Shown here: positions 14,256 through 27,820 of the stretch, in pieces
How positions within the stretch are numbered: the first letter of the stretch is position 1
How the letters are laid out: each line of letters begins with the position of its first letter
Source of the DNA: Antedon mediterranea
Lineage: Eukaryota > Animalia > Echinodermata
NCBI RefSeq assembly: GCF_964355755.1
Contig: NC_092680.1
Location: forward strand, 10,540,001 to 10,604,000
Direction of reading: 5' to 3'
DNA length: 64,000 bases
Made by a program: the position numbers and the translations under genes
The notes under the pieces: generated by a model
Seen by the model: the letters and a program-made list of their open reading frames with translations, nothing else
What the model was told of the DNA's origin: nothing
Databases searched by the model: none

Positions 14256-17229
14256 CTCTCGCTGATCTATCTCTCTCTCGCTGATCTATCTCTCTCTCGC
14301 TGATCTATCGCTCTCTCGCTGATCTATCTCTCTCTCTCGCTGATCTATCTCTCTCTCGCGGATCTATCTCTCTCTCTCGCTGATCTATCTCTCTCTCGCT
14401 GATCTATCCCTCTCTCGCTGATCTATCTCTCTCTCGCTGATCTATCCCTCTCTTGCTGATCTATCTCTCTCTCGCTGATCTATCCCTCTCTCGCTGATCT
14501 ATCTCTCTCTCTCGCTGATCTATCTGTGTCTTGCTGATCTATCTCTCTCTTGCTGATCTATCTGTGTCTCACTGATCTATCTCTCTCTAGCTGATCTAAC
14601 TCTCTCTCGCTGATCTATCTCTCTCTCGCTGATCTATCTGTGTCTCTCTAATCTATATCTCTCTCGCTGATATCCATCTCTCTGTCGCTTATCTATCTCT
14701 CTCTCGCTTATCTATCTCTATCTCGCTGATCTATCTCTCTCTCTCGCTGATCTATCTCTCTTTCGCTGATCTATCTCTCTGTCGCTGATCTATCTCTCTC
14801 TCGCTGATCTATTTCTCTGTCGTTGATCTATCTCTCTCTCACTGATCTGTCTCTCTGTCGCTGATCTATCTCTCTCTCGCTAATCTATCTCTCTGTCGCT
14901 GATCTATCTCTCTCTCGCTTATCTATCTCTTTCTCGCTGATCTATCTCTCTCTTGCTGATCTATCTCTCTCTTGCTGATCTATCTCTCTCTCTCGCTGAT
15001 CTATCTCTCTCTCGCTGATCTATCTCTCTTTCTCGCTGATCTATCTCTCTCTCGCTGATCTATCTCTCTCTCGCTTATCTATCTCTCTCTCGCTGATATA
15101 TCTCTCTCTCACTGATCTATCTCTCTCTCGCTGATCTATCTCTCTCTCGCTGATCTATCTCTCTCTCTCTCGCTGATCTATCTGTGTCTCGCTGATCTAT
15201 CTCTCTCTCTCGCTGATCTAACTCTCTTTCGCTGATCTATCTCTCTCTCGCTGATCTATCTGTGTCTCGCTGATCTATCTCTCTCTCGCTGATCTATCTG
15301 TGTCTCGCTGATCTATCTCCCTCTCGCTGATCTATCTCTCTCTCGCTGATCTATCTCTCTCTCGCTGATCTATCTGTGTCTCGCTGATATATCTCTCTCT
15401 CTCTCGCTGATCTATCTCTCTCTCGCTGATCTATCTCTCTCGCTGATCTATCTCTCTCTCGCTGATCTATCTCTATCTCGCTGATCTATCTCTCTCTCGC
15501 TGATCTATCTCTATCTCGCTGATCTATCTCTCTCTCGTTGATCTATCTCTCTCTCGCTGATCTATCTCTCTCTCGCTGATCTACCTCTCTCTCTCGCTGA
15601 TCTATCTCTCTCGCTGATCTATCTCTCTCTCTCTCGCTGATCTATCTCTTTCTCGCTGATCTATCTCTCTCTCGCTGATCTATCTCTCTCTCGCTGATAT
15701 ATCTCTCTCTCGCTGATCTATCTCTCTCTCGCTGATCTATCTCTCTCGCTGATCTATCGCTCTCTCGCTGATCTATCTCTCTCTCTCGCTGATCTATCTC
15801 TCTCTCGCGGATCTATCTCTCTCTCTCTCTGATCTATCTCTCTCTCGCTGATCTATCCCTCTCTCGCTGATCTATCTCTCTCTCGCTGATCTATCCCTCT
15901 CTCATCGATCTATCTCTCTCTCGCTGATCTATCTCTCTCTCGCTGATCTATCTCTCTCTCGCTGATCTATCTGTGTCTCGCTGATCTATCTCTCTCTCTC
16001 TCGCTGATCTAACTCTCTTTCGCTGATCTATCTCTCTCTCTGATCTATCTGTGTCTCGCTGATCTATCTCTCTCTCGCTGATCTATCTGTGTCTCGCTGA
16101 TCTATCTCCCTCTCGCTGATCTATCTCTCTCTCGCTGATCTATCTCTCTCTCGCTGATCTATCTGTGTCTCGCTGATATATCCCTCTCTCTCTCTCTCTC
16201 GCTGATCTATCTGTGTCTCGCTGATATATCCCTCTCTCTCTCTCTCTCGCTGATCTATCTCTCTCGCTGATCTATCTCTCTGTCGCTGATCTATCTCTCT
16301 CTCGCTGATCTATCTCTCTGTCGCTGATCTATCTCTCTCTCGCTGATCTATATCTCTCTCGCTGATCTCTCTCTCTCTCGCTGATCTATCTCTCTCTCGC
16401 TGATCTATCTCTCTCTCGCTGATCTATCTCTCTCTCGCTGATCTATCTCTCTCTCGCTGATCTATCTCTCTCTCTCTCTCTCGCTGATCTATCTCTCTCT
16501 CGCTGATCTATCTCTCTCTCTCGCTGATCTATCTCTCTCTCGCTGATCTATCTCTCTCTCGCTGATCTATCTCTCTCTCGCTGATATATCTCTCTCTCGC
16601 TGATCTATCTCTCTCTCGCTGATCTATCTCTCTCTCGCTGATCTATCGCTCTCTCGCTGATCTATCTCTCTCTCTCGCTGATCTATCTCTCTCTCGCGGA
16701 TCTATCACTCTCTCTCTCTGATCTATCTCTCTCTCGCTGATCTATCCCTCTCTCGCTGATCTATCTCTCTCTCGCTGATCTATCCCTCTCTCCTCGATCT
16801 ATCTCTCTCTCGCTGATCTATCCCTCTCTCGCTGATCTATCTCTCTCTCGCTGATCTATCTGTGTCTTGCTGATCTATCTCTCTCTTGCTGATCTATCTG
16901 TGTCTCGCTGATCTATCTCTCTCTCGCTGATCTAACTCTCTCTCGCTGATCTATCTCTCTCGCTGATCTATCTCTATCTCGCTGATCTATCTCTATCTCG
17001 CTGATCTATCTCTTTCTCGCTGATCTATCTCTCTCTCGCTGATCTATCTCTCTCTCGCTGATCTATCTGTGTCTCGCTGATCTTTCTCTCTCTCTCGCTG
17101 ATCTAACTCTCTTTCGCTGATCTATCTCTCTCTCGCTGATCTATCTGTGTCTCGCTGATCTATCTCTCTATCACTGATCTATCTGTGTCTCGCTGATCTA
17201 TCTCCCTCTCGCTGATCTATCTCTCTCTC

Positions 17230-20190
17230 GCTGATCTATCTCTCTCTCGCTGATCTATCTGTGTCTCGCTGATATATCTCTCTCTCTCTCGCTGATCTAT
17301 CTCTCTCTCGCTGATCCATCTCTCTCGCTGATCTATCTCTCTCTCACTCATCTATCTCTCTGTCGCTGATCTATCTCTCTGTCGCTGATCTATCTCTCTC
17401 TCTCGCTGATCTATATCTCTCTCGCTGATCTATCTCTCTCTCTCGCTGATCTATCTCTCTCTCGCTGATCTATCTATCTCTCTGTCGCTGATCTATCTCT
17501 CTCTCGCTGATCTATCTCTCTGTCGTTGATCTATCTCTCTCTCGCTCATCTATCTCTCTCTCGCTGATCTATCTCTCTCTCGCTGATCTATCCCTCTCTC
17601 CTCGATCTATCTCTCTCTCGCTGATCTATCTCTCTCTCTCGCTGATCTATCTGTGTCTCGCTGATCTATCTCTCTCTCTCTCTCTCGCTGATCTAACTCT
17701 CTTTCGCTGATCTATCTCTCTCTCTCTGATCTATCTGTGTCTCGCTGATCTATCTCTCTCTCTCGCGTATCTATCTGTGTCTCGCTGATCTATCTCCCTC
17801 TCGCTGATCTATCTCTCTCTCGCTGATCTATCTCTCTCTCGCTGATCTATCTGTGTCTCGCTGATATATCCCTCTCTCTCTCTCTCTCTCGCTGATCTAT
17901 CTCTCTCGCTGATCTATCTCTCTCGCTGATCTATATCTATGTCGCTGATCTATCTCTCTCTCGCTGATCTATCTCTCTGTCGCTGATCTATCTCTCTCTC
18001 GCTGATCTATATCTTTCTCGCTGATCTCTCTCTCTCTCGCTGATCTATCTCTCTCTCGCTGATCTATCTCTCTCTCGCTGATCTATCTCTCTCTCGCTGA
18101 TCTATCTCTCTCTCGCTGATCTCTCTCTCTCTCTCTCTCTCGCTGATCTATCTCTCTCTCGCTGATCTATCTCTCTCTCTCGCTGATCTATCTCTCTCTC
18201 GCTGATCTATCTCTCTCTCGCTGATCTATCTCTCTCTCGCTGATATATCTCTCTCTCGCTGATCTATCTCTCTCTCGCTGATCTATCTCTCTAACGCTGA
18301 TCTATCGCTCTCTCGCTGATCTATCTCTCTCTCTCGCTGATCTATCTCTCTCTCGCGGATCTATCACTCTCTCTCTGATCTATCTCTCTCTCGCTGATCT
18401 ATCCCTCTCTCGCTGATCTATCTCTCTCTCGCTGATCTATCCCTCTCTCCTCGATCTATCTCTCTCTCGCTGATCTATCCCTCTCTCGCTGATCTATTTC
18501 TCTCTCACTGATCTATCTGTGTCTTGCTGATCTATCTCTCTCTTGCTGATCTATCTGTGTCTCACTGATCTATCTCTCTCTCGCTGATCTAACTCTCTCT
18601 CGCTGATCTATCTTTCTCGCTGATCTATCTCTATCTCGCTGATCTATCTCTATCTCGCAGATCTATCTCTTTCTCGCTGATCTATCTCTCTCTCGCTGAT
18701 CTATCTCTCTCTCGCTGATCTATCTCTCTCTCGCTGATCTATCTGTGTCTCGCTGATATATCTCTCTCTCTCTCTCGCTGATCTATCTCTCTCTCGCTGA
18801 TCCATCTCTCTCGCTGATCTATCTCTCTCTCACTCATCTATCTCTCTGTCGCTGATCTATCTCTCTGTCGCTGATCTATCTCTCTCTCTCGCTGATCTAT
18901 ATCTCTCTCGCTGATCTATCTCTCTCTCTCGCTGATCTATCTCTCTCTCGCTGATCTATCTATCTCTCTGTCGCTGATCTATCTCTCTCTCGCTGATCTA
19001 TCTCTCTGTCGTTGATCTATCTCTCTCTCGCTCATCTATCTCTCTCTCGCTGATCTATCTCTCTCTCGCTGATCTATCCCTCTCTCCTCGATCTATCTCT
19101 CTCTCGCTGATCTATCTCTCTCTCTCGCTGATCTATCTGTGTCTCGCTGATCTATCTCTCTCTCTCTCTCTCGCTGATCTAACTCTCTTTCGCTGATCTA
19201 TCTCTCTCTCTCTGATCTATCTGTGTCTCGCTGATCTATCTCTCTCTCTCGCGTATCTATCTGTGTCTCGCTGATCTATCTCCCTCTCGCTGATCTATCT
19301 CTCTCTCGCTGATCTATCTCTCTCTCGCTGATCTATCTGTGTCTCGCTGATATATCCCTCTCTCTCTCTCTCTCTCGCTGATCTATCTCTCTCGCTGATC
19401 TATCTCTCTCGCTGATCTATATCTATGTCACTGATCTATCTCTCTCTCGCTGATCTATCTCTCTGTCGCTGATCTATCTCTCTCTCGCTGATCTATATCT
19501 CTCTCGCTGATCTCTCTCTCTCTCGCTGATCTATCTCTCTCTCGCTGATCTATCTCTCTCTCGCTGATCTATCTCTCTCTCGCTGATCTATCTCTCTCTC
19601 GCTGATCTCTCTCTCTCTCTCTCTCTCTCGCTGATCTATCTCTCTCTCGCTGATCTATCTCTCTCTCTCGCTGATCTATCTCTCTCTCGCTGATCTATCT
19701 CTCTCTCGCTGATATATCTCTCTCTCGCTGATCTATCTCTCTCTCGCTGATCTATCTCTCTAACGCTGATCTATCGCTCTCTCGCTGATCTATCTCTCTC
19801 TCTCGCTGATCTATCTCTCTCTCGCGGATCTATCACTCTCTCTCTCTGATCTATCTCTCTCTCGCTGATCTATCCCTCTCTCGCTGATCTATCTCTCTCT
19901 CGCTGATCTATCCCTCTCTCCTCGATCTATCTCTCTCTCGCTGATCTATCCCTCTCTCGCTGATCTATTTCTCTCTCACTGATCTATCTGTGTCTTGCTG
20001 ATCTATCTCTCTCTTGCTGATCTATCTGTGTCTCGCTGATCTATCTCTCTCTCGCTGATCTAACTCTCTCTCGCTGATCTATCTTTCTCGCTGATCTATC
20101 TCTATCTCGCTGATCTATCTCTATCTCGCAGATCTATCTCTTTCTCGCTGATCTATCTCTCTCTCGCTGATCTATCTCTCTCTCGCTGAT
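17230..20190. repeat. ~1.49 kb tandem duplication (also present in paralogs at ~40.5-43.5 kb and ~48.5-51.5 kb)
   Basis: GCGTATC at 17765/19251, 41020/42506 and 49017/50504; CTAACGCTG at 18291/19760. Confidence 0.88.
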
Positions 20191-22069
20191 CTATCTGTGT
20201 CTCGCTGATCTTTCTCTCTCTCTCGCTGATCTAACTCTCTTTCGCTGATCTATCTCTCTCTCGCTGATCTATCTGTGTCTCGCTGATCTATCTCTCTCTC
20301 ACTGATCTATCTGTGTCTCGCTGATCTATCTCCCTCTCGCTGATCTATCTCTCTCTCGCTGATCTATCTCTCTCTCGCTGATCTATCTGTGTCTCGCTGA
20401 TATATCTCTCTCTCTCGCTGATCTATCTCTCTCTCGCTGATCCATCTCACTCGCTGATCTATCTCTCTCTCGCTCATCTATCTCTCTCTCGCTGATCTAT
20501 CTCTCTGTCGCTGATCTATCTCTCTCTCTCGCTGATCTATATCTCTCTCGCTGATCTATCTCTCTCTCTCGCTGATCTATTTCTCTGTCGTTGATCTATC
20601 TCTCTCTCGCTGATCTGTCTCTCTGTCGCTGATCTATCTCTCTCTCGCTAATCTATCTCTCTGTCGCTGATCTATCTCTCTCTCGCTTATCTATCTCTTT
20701 CTCGCTGATCTATCTCTCTCTTGCTGATCTATCTCTCTCTTGCTGATCTATCTCTCTCTCTCGCTGATCTATCTCTCTCTCGCTGATCTATCTCTCTTTC
20801 TCGCTGATCTATCTCTCTCTCGCTGATCTATCTCTCTCTCGCTTATCTATCTCTCTCTCGCTGATATATCTCTCTCTCACTGATCTATCTCTCTCTCGCT
20901 GATCTATCTCTCTCTCGCTGATCTATCTCTCTCTCTCTCGCTGATCTATCTGTTTCTCGCTGATCTATCTCTCTCTCTCGCTGATCTAACTCTCTTTCGC
21001 TGATCTATCTCTCTCTCGCTGATCTATCTGTGTCTCGCTGATCTATCTCTCTCTCTCGCTGATCTATCTGTGTCTCGCTGATCTATCTCCCTCTCGCTGA
21101 TCTATCTCTCTCTCGCTGATCTATCTCTCTCTCGCTGATCTATCTGTGTCTCGCTGATATATCTCTCTCTCTCGCTGATCTATCTCTCTCTCGCTGATCT
21201 ATCTCTCTCGCTGATCTATCTCTCTCTCGCTCATCTATCTCTCTCTCGCTGATCTATCTCTCTGTCGCTGATCTATCTCTCTCTCGCTGATCTATATCTC
21301 TCTCGCTGATCTATCTCTCTCTCTCGCTGATCTATCTCTCTCGCTGATCTATCTATCTCTCTGTCGCTGATCTATCTCTCTCTCACTGATCAATCTCTCT
21401 GTCGTTGATCTATCTCTCTCTCGCTGATCTGTCTCTCTGTCGCTGATCTATCTCTCTCTCGCTAATCTATCTCTCTGTCGCTGATCTATCTCTCTCTCGC
21501 TTATCTATCTCTTTCTCGCTGATCTATCTCTCTCTCGCTGATCTATCTCTTTCTCGCTGATCTATCTCTCTCTCGCTGATATATCTCTCTCTCGCTGATC
21601 TATCTCTCTCTCGCTGATCTATCTCTCTCTCGCTGATCTATCTCTATCTCGCTGATCTATCTCTCTCTCGCTGATCTATCTCTATCTCGCTGATCTATCT
21701 CTCTCTCGCTGATATATCTCTCTCTCTCTGATCTATCTCTCTCTCGCTGATCTATCTCTCTCTCTCGCTGATCTATCTCTCTCTCGCTGATCTATCTCTC
21801 TCTCGCTTATCTATCTCTCTCTCGCTGATCTATCTCTCTCTCGCTGATCTATCGCTCTCTCGCTGATCTATATCTCTCTCGCTGATCTATCCCTCTCTCG
21901 CTGATCTATCTCTCTCTCTCGCTGATCTATCTGTGTCTTGCTGATCTATCTCTCTCTCGCTGATCTATCTGTGTCTCGCTGATCTATCTCTCTCTCTCGC
22001 TGATCTAACTCTCTTTCGCTGATCTATCTCTCTCTCGTTGATCTATCTGTGTCTCGCTGATCTATCTCT

Positions 22070-25000
22070 CTCTCGCTGATCTAACTCTCTCTCGCTGATC
22101 TATCTCTCTCGCTGATCTATCTCTATCTCGCTGATCTATCTCTCTCTCGCTGATCTATCTGTGTCTCGCTGATCTATCTCTCTATCACTGATCTATCTGT
22201 GTCTCGCTGATCTATCTCCCTCTCGCTGATCTATCTCTCTCTCGCTGATCTATCTCTCTCTCGCTGATCTATCTGTGTCTCGCTGATATATATCTCTCTC
22301 TCTCGCTGATCTATCTCTCTCTCGCTGATCAATCTCTCTCGCTGATCTATCTCTCTCTCACTCATCTATCTCTCTGTCGCTGATCTATCTCTCTGTCGCT
22401 GATCTATCTCTCTCTCTCGCTGATCTATATCTCTCTCGCTGATCTATCTCTCTCTCTCGCTGATCTATCTCTCTCTCGCTGATCTATCTATCTCTCTGTC
22501 GCTGATCTATCTCTCTCTCGCTGATCTATCTCTCTGTCGTTGATCTATCTCTCTCTCGCTCATCTATCTCTCTCTCGCTGATCTATCTCTCTCTCGCTGA
22601 TCTATCCCTCTCTCCTCGATCTATCTCTCTCTCGCTGATCTATCTCTCTCTCTCGCTGATCTATCTGTGTCTCGCTGATCTATCTCTCTCTCTCTCTCGC
22701 TGATCTAACTCTCTTTCGCTGATCTATCTCTCTCTCTCTGATCTATCTGTGTCTCGCTGATCTATCTCTCTCTCGCGTATCTATCTGTGTCTCGCTGATC
22801 TATCTCCCTCTCGCTGATCTATCTCTCTCTCGCTGATCTATCTCTCTCTCGCTGATCTATCTGTGTCTCGCTGATATATCCCTCTCTCTCTCTCTCTCTC
22901 GCTGATCTATCTCTCTCGCTGATCTATCTCTCTCGCTGATCTATATCTCTGTCGCTGATCTATCTCTCTCTCGCTGATCTATCTCTCTGTCGCTGATCTA
23001 TCTCTCTCTCGCTGATCTATATCTCTCTCGCTGATCTCTCTCTCTCTCGCTGATCTATCTCTCTCTCGCTGATCTATCTCTCTCTCGCTGATCTATCTCT
23101 CTCTCGCTGATCTATCTCTCTCTCGCTGATCTATCTCTCTCTCTCTCTCTCTCTCGCTGATCTATCTCTCTCTCGCTGATCTATCTCTCTCTCTCGCTGA
23201 TCTATCTCTCTCTCGCTGATCTATCTCTCTCTCGCTGATCTATCTCTCTCTCGCTGATATATCTCTCTCTCGCTGATCTATCTCTCTCTCGCTGATCTAT
23301 CTCTCTAACGCTGATCTATCGCTCTCTCGCTGATCTATCTCTCTCTCTCGCTGATCTATCTCTCTCTCGCGGATCTATCACTCTCTCTCTCTGATCTATC
23401 TCTCTCTCGCTGATCTATCCCTCTCTCGCTGATCTATCTCTCTCTCGCTGATCTATCCCTCTCTCCTCGATCTATCTCTCTCTCGCTGATCTATCCCTCT
23501 CTCGCTGATCTATCTCTCTCTCACTGATCTATCTGTGTCTTGCTGATCTATCTCTCTCTTGCTGATCTATCTGTGTCTCGCTGATCTATCTCTCTCTCGC
23601 TGATCTAACTCTCTCTCGCTGATCTATCTTTCTCGCTGATCTATCTCTATCTCGCTGATCTATCTCTATCTCGCAGATCTATCTCTTTCTCGCTGATCTA
23701 TCTCTCTCTCGCTGATCTATCTCTCTCTCGCTGATCTATCTGTGTCTCGCTGATCTTTCTCTCTCTCTCGCTGATCTAACTCTCTTTCGCTGATCTATCT
23801 CTCTCTCGCTGATCTATCTGTGTCTCGCTGATCTATCTCTCTCTCACTGATCTATCTGTGTCTCGCTGATCTATCTCCCTCTCGCTGATCTATCTCTCTC
23901 TCGCTGATCTATCTCTCTCTCGCTGATCTATCTGTGTCTCGCTGATATATCTCTCTCTCTCTCGCTGATCTATCTCTCTCTCGCTGATCCATCTCTCTCG
24001 CTGATCTATCTCTCTCTCGCTCATCTATCTCTCTCTCGCTGATCTATCGCTCTGTCGCTGATCTATCTCTCTCTCTCGCTGATCTATATCTCTCTCGCTG
24101 ATCTATCTCTCTCTCTCGCTGATCTATCTCTCTCTCGCTGATCTATATATCTCTCTGTCGCTGATCTATCTCTCTCTCGCTGACCTATCTCTCTCTCGCT
24201 GATCTATCTCTCTCTCGCTGATCTATCGCTCTCTCGCTGATCTATCTCTCTCTCTCGCTGATCTATCTCTCTCTCGCGGATCTATCTCTCTCTCTCTCTG
24301 ATCTATCTCTCTCTCGCTGATCTATCCCTCTCTCGCTGATCTATCTCTCTCTCGCTGATCTATCCCTCTCTTGCTGATCTATCTCTCTCTCGCTGATCTA
24401 TCCCTCTCTCGCTGATCTATCTCTCTCTCTCGCTGATCTATCTGTGTCTTGCTGATCTATCTCTCTCTCGCTGATCTATCTGTGTCTCGCTGATCTATCT
24501 CTCTCTCGCTGATCTAACTCTCTCTCGCTGATCTATCTCTCTCTCGCTGATCTATCTGTGTCTCTCTAATCTTTATCTCTCTCGCTGATATCCATCTCTC
24601 TGTCGCTTATCTATCTCTCTCTCGCTTATCTATCTCTATCTCGCTGATCTATCTCTCTCTCTCGCTGATCTATCTCTCTTTCGCTGATCTATCTCTCTGT
24701 CGCTGATCTATCTCTCTCTCGCTGATCTATTTCTCTGTCGTTGATCTATCTCTCTCTCGCTGATCTGTCTCTCTGTCGCTGATCTATCTCTCTCTCCCTA
24801 ATCTATCTCTCTGTCGCTGATCTATCTCTCTCTCGCTTATCTATCTCTTTCTCGCTGATCTATCTCTCTCTTGCTGATCTATCTCTCTCTTGCTGATCTA
24901 TCTCTCTCTCTCGCTGATCTATCTCTCTCTCGCTGATCTATCTCTCTTTCTCGCTGATCTATCTCTCTCTCGCTGATCTATCTCTCTCTCGCTGATCTAT

Positions 25001-26170
25001 CTCTCTCTCACTGATATATCTCTCTCTCACTGATCTATCTCTCTCTCGCTGATCTATCTCTCTCTCGCTGATCTATCTCTCTCTCTCTCGCTGATCTATC
25101 TGTGTCTCGCTGATCTATCTCTCTCTCTCGCTGATCTAACTCTCTTTCGCTGATCTATCTCTCTCTCGTTGATCTATCTGTGTCTCGCTGATCTATCTCT
25201 CTCTCGCTGATCTATCTGTGTCTCGCTGATCTATCTCCCTCTCGCTGATCTATCTCTCTCTCGCTGATCTATCTCTCTCTCGCTGATCTATCTGTGTCTC
25301 GCTGATATATCTCTCTCTCTCTCGCTGATCTATCTCTCTCTCGCTGATCTATCTCTCTCGCTGATCTATCTCTCTCTCGCTGATCTATCTCTATCTCGCT
25401 GATCTATCTCTCTCTCGCTGATCTATCTCTATCTCGCTGATCTATCTCTCTCTCGTTGATCTATCTCTCTCTCGCTGATCTATCTCTCTCTCGCTGATCT
25501 ACCTCTCTCTCTCGCTGATCTATCTCTCTCGCTGATCTATCTCTCTCTCTCACTGATCTATCTCTTTCTCGCTGATCTATCTCTCTCTCGCTGATCTATC
25601 TCTCTCTCGCTGATATATCTCTCTCTCGCTGATCTATCTCTCTCTCGCTGATCTATCTCTCTCGCTGATCTATCGCTCTCTCGCTGATCTATCTCTCTCT
25701 CTCGCTGATCTATCTCTCTCTCGCGGATCTATCTCTCTCTCTCTCTGATCTATCTCTCTCTCGCTGATCTATCCCTCTCTCGCTGATCTATCTCTCTCTG
25801 GCTGATCTATCCCTCTCTCCTCGATCTATCTCTCTCTCGCTGATCTATCTCTCTCGCTCTCGCTGATCTATCTCTCTCTCGCTGATCTATCTGTGTCTCG
25901 CTGATCTATCTCTCTCTCTCTCGCTGATCTAACTCTCTTTCGCTGATCTATCTCTCTCTCTGATCTATCTGTGTCTCGCTGATCTATCTCTCTCTCGCTG
26001 ATCTATCTGTGTCTCGCTGATCTATCTCCCTCTCGCTGATCTATCTCTCTCTCGCTGATCTATCTCTTTCTCGCTGATCTATCTGTGTCTCGCTGATATA
26101 TCCCTCTCTCTCTCTCTCTCTCGCTGATCTATCTCTCTCGCTGATCTATCTCTCTGTCGCTGATCTATCT
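22070..26170. repeat. Segment with a long-range paralog at ~59900-64000 (offset ~37.83 kb)
   Basis: GATATATATC 22285/60111; single GCGTATC 22775/60601; CCCTAATC 24796/62622; the variant CGCTCTCGCTG near 25856/63684. Confidence 0.88.
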
Positions 26171-27820
26171 CTCTCTCGCTGATCTATCTCTCTCTCGCTG
26201 ATCTATCTCTCTCTCGCTGATCTATATCTCTCTCGCTGATCTCTCTCTCTCTCGCTGATCTATCTCTCTCTCGCTGATCTATCTTTCTCTCGCTGATCTA
26301 TCTCTCTCTCGCTGATCTATCTCTCTCTCGCTGATCTATCTCTCTCTCTCTCTCTCTCGCTGATCTATCTCTCTCTCGCTGATCTATCTCTCTCTCTCGC
26401 TGATCTATCTTTCTCTCGCTGATCTATCTCTCTCTCGCTGATCTATCTCTCTCTCGCTTATATATATCTCTCTCTCGCTGATCTATCTCTCTCTCGCTGA
26501 TCTATCTCTCTCTCGCTGATCTATCTCTCTCTCTCGCTGATCTATCTCTCTCTCTCGCTGATCTATCTCTCTCTCGCGGATCTATCACTCTCTCTCTCTC
26601 TCTGATCTATCTCTCTCTCGCTGATCTATCCCTCTCTCGCTGATCTATCTCTCTCTCGCTGATCTATCCCTCTCTCCTCGATCTATTTCTCTCTCGCTGA
26701 TCTATCCCTCTCTCGCTGATCTATCTCTCTCTCGCTGATCTATCTGTGTCTTGCTGATCTATCTCTCTCTTGCTGATCTATCTGTGTCTCGCTGATCTAT
26801 CTCTCTCTCGCTGATCTAACTCTCTCTCGCTGATCTATCTCTCTCGCTGATCTATCTCTATCTCGCTGATCTATCTCTATCTCGCTGATCTATCTCTTTC
26901 TCGCTGATCTATCTCTCTCTCGCTGATCTATTTCTCTGTCGTTGATCTATCTCTCTCTCGCTGATCTGTCTCTCTGTCGCTGATCTATCTCTCTCTCCCT
27001 AATCTATCTCTCTGTCGCTGATCTATCTCTCTCTCGCTTATCTATCTCTTTCTCGCTGATCTATCTCTCTCTTGCTGATCTATCTCTCTCTTGCTGATCT
27101 ATCTCTCTCTCTCGCTGATCTATCTCTCTCTCGCTGATCTATCTCTCTTTCTCGCTGATCTATCTCTCTCTCGCTGATCTATCTCTCTCTCGCTTATCTA
27201 TCTCTCTCTCACTGATATATCTCTCTCTCACTGATCTATCTCTCTCTCGCTGATCTATCTCTCTCTCGCTGATCTATCTCTCTCTCTCTCGCTGATCTAT
27301 CTGTGTCTCGCTGATCTATCTCTCTCTCTCGCTGATCTAACTCTCTTTCGCTGATCTATCTCTCTCTCGTTGATCTATCTGTGTCTCGCTGATCTATCTC
27401 TCTCTCGCTGATCTATCTGTGTCTCGCTGATCTATCTCCCTCTCGCTGATCTATCTCTCTCTCGCTGATCTATCTCTCTCTCGCTGATCTATCTGTGTCT
27501 CGCTGATATATCTCTCTCTCTCTCGCTGATCTATCTCTCTCTCGCTGATCTATCTCTCTCGCTGATCTATCTCTCTCTCGCTGATCTATCTCTATCTCGC
27601 TGATCTATCTCTCTCTCGCTGATCTATCTCTATCTCGCTGATCTATCTCTCTCTCGTTGATCTATCTCTCTCTCGCTGATCTATCTCTCTCTCGCTGATC
27701 TACCTCTCTCTCTCGCTGATCTATCTCTCTCGCTGATCTATCTCTCTCTCTCTCACTGATCTATCTCTTTCTCGCTGATCTATCTCTCTCTCGCTGATCT
27801 ATCTCTCTCTCGCTGATCTA
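24720..27820. repeat. Partial tandem duplication: ~24720-25610 recopied at ~26920-27820 (offset ~2201 bp)
   Basis: CCCTAATC at 24796 and 26997; the CACTGATATAT...CACTG doublet near 25010 and 27210; TACCTC near 25500 and 27701. Confidence 0.82.

Larger units (their letters stand above)
2515..20570. repeat. Copy 1 of a large intra-array segmental duplication (paralog at ~27820-43830)
   Basis: Rare markers recur in the same order: GAACTA 4795/30100, CGCTTTTCTA 5481/30811, TCCCCCGCTG 6151/31481, GATCTAGCTC ~9565/~34782, GGTCGATC 11311 and 13281/36526, ATCTATGTCA 19421/42676, TCCATCTCAC 20441/43713. Confidence 0.9.
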
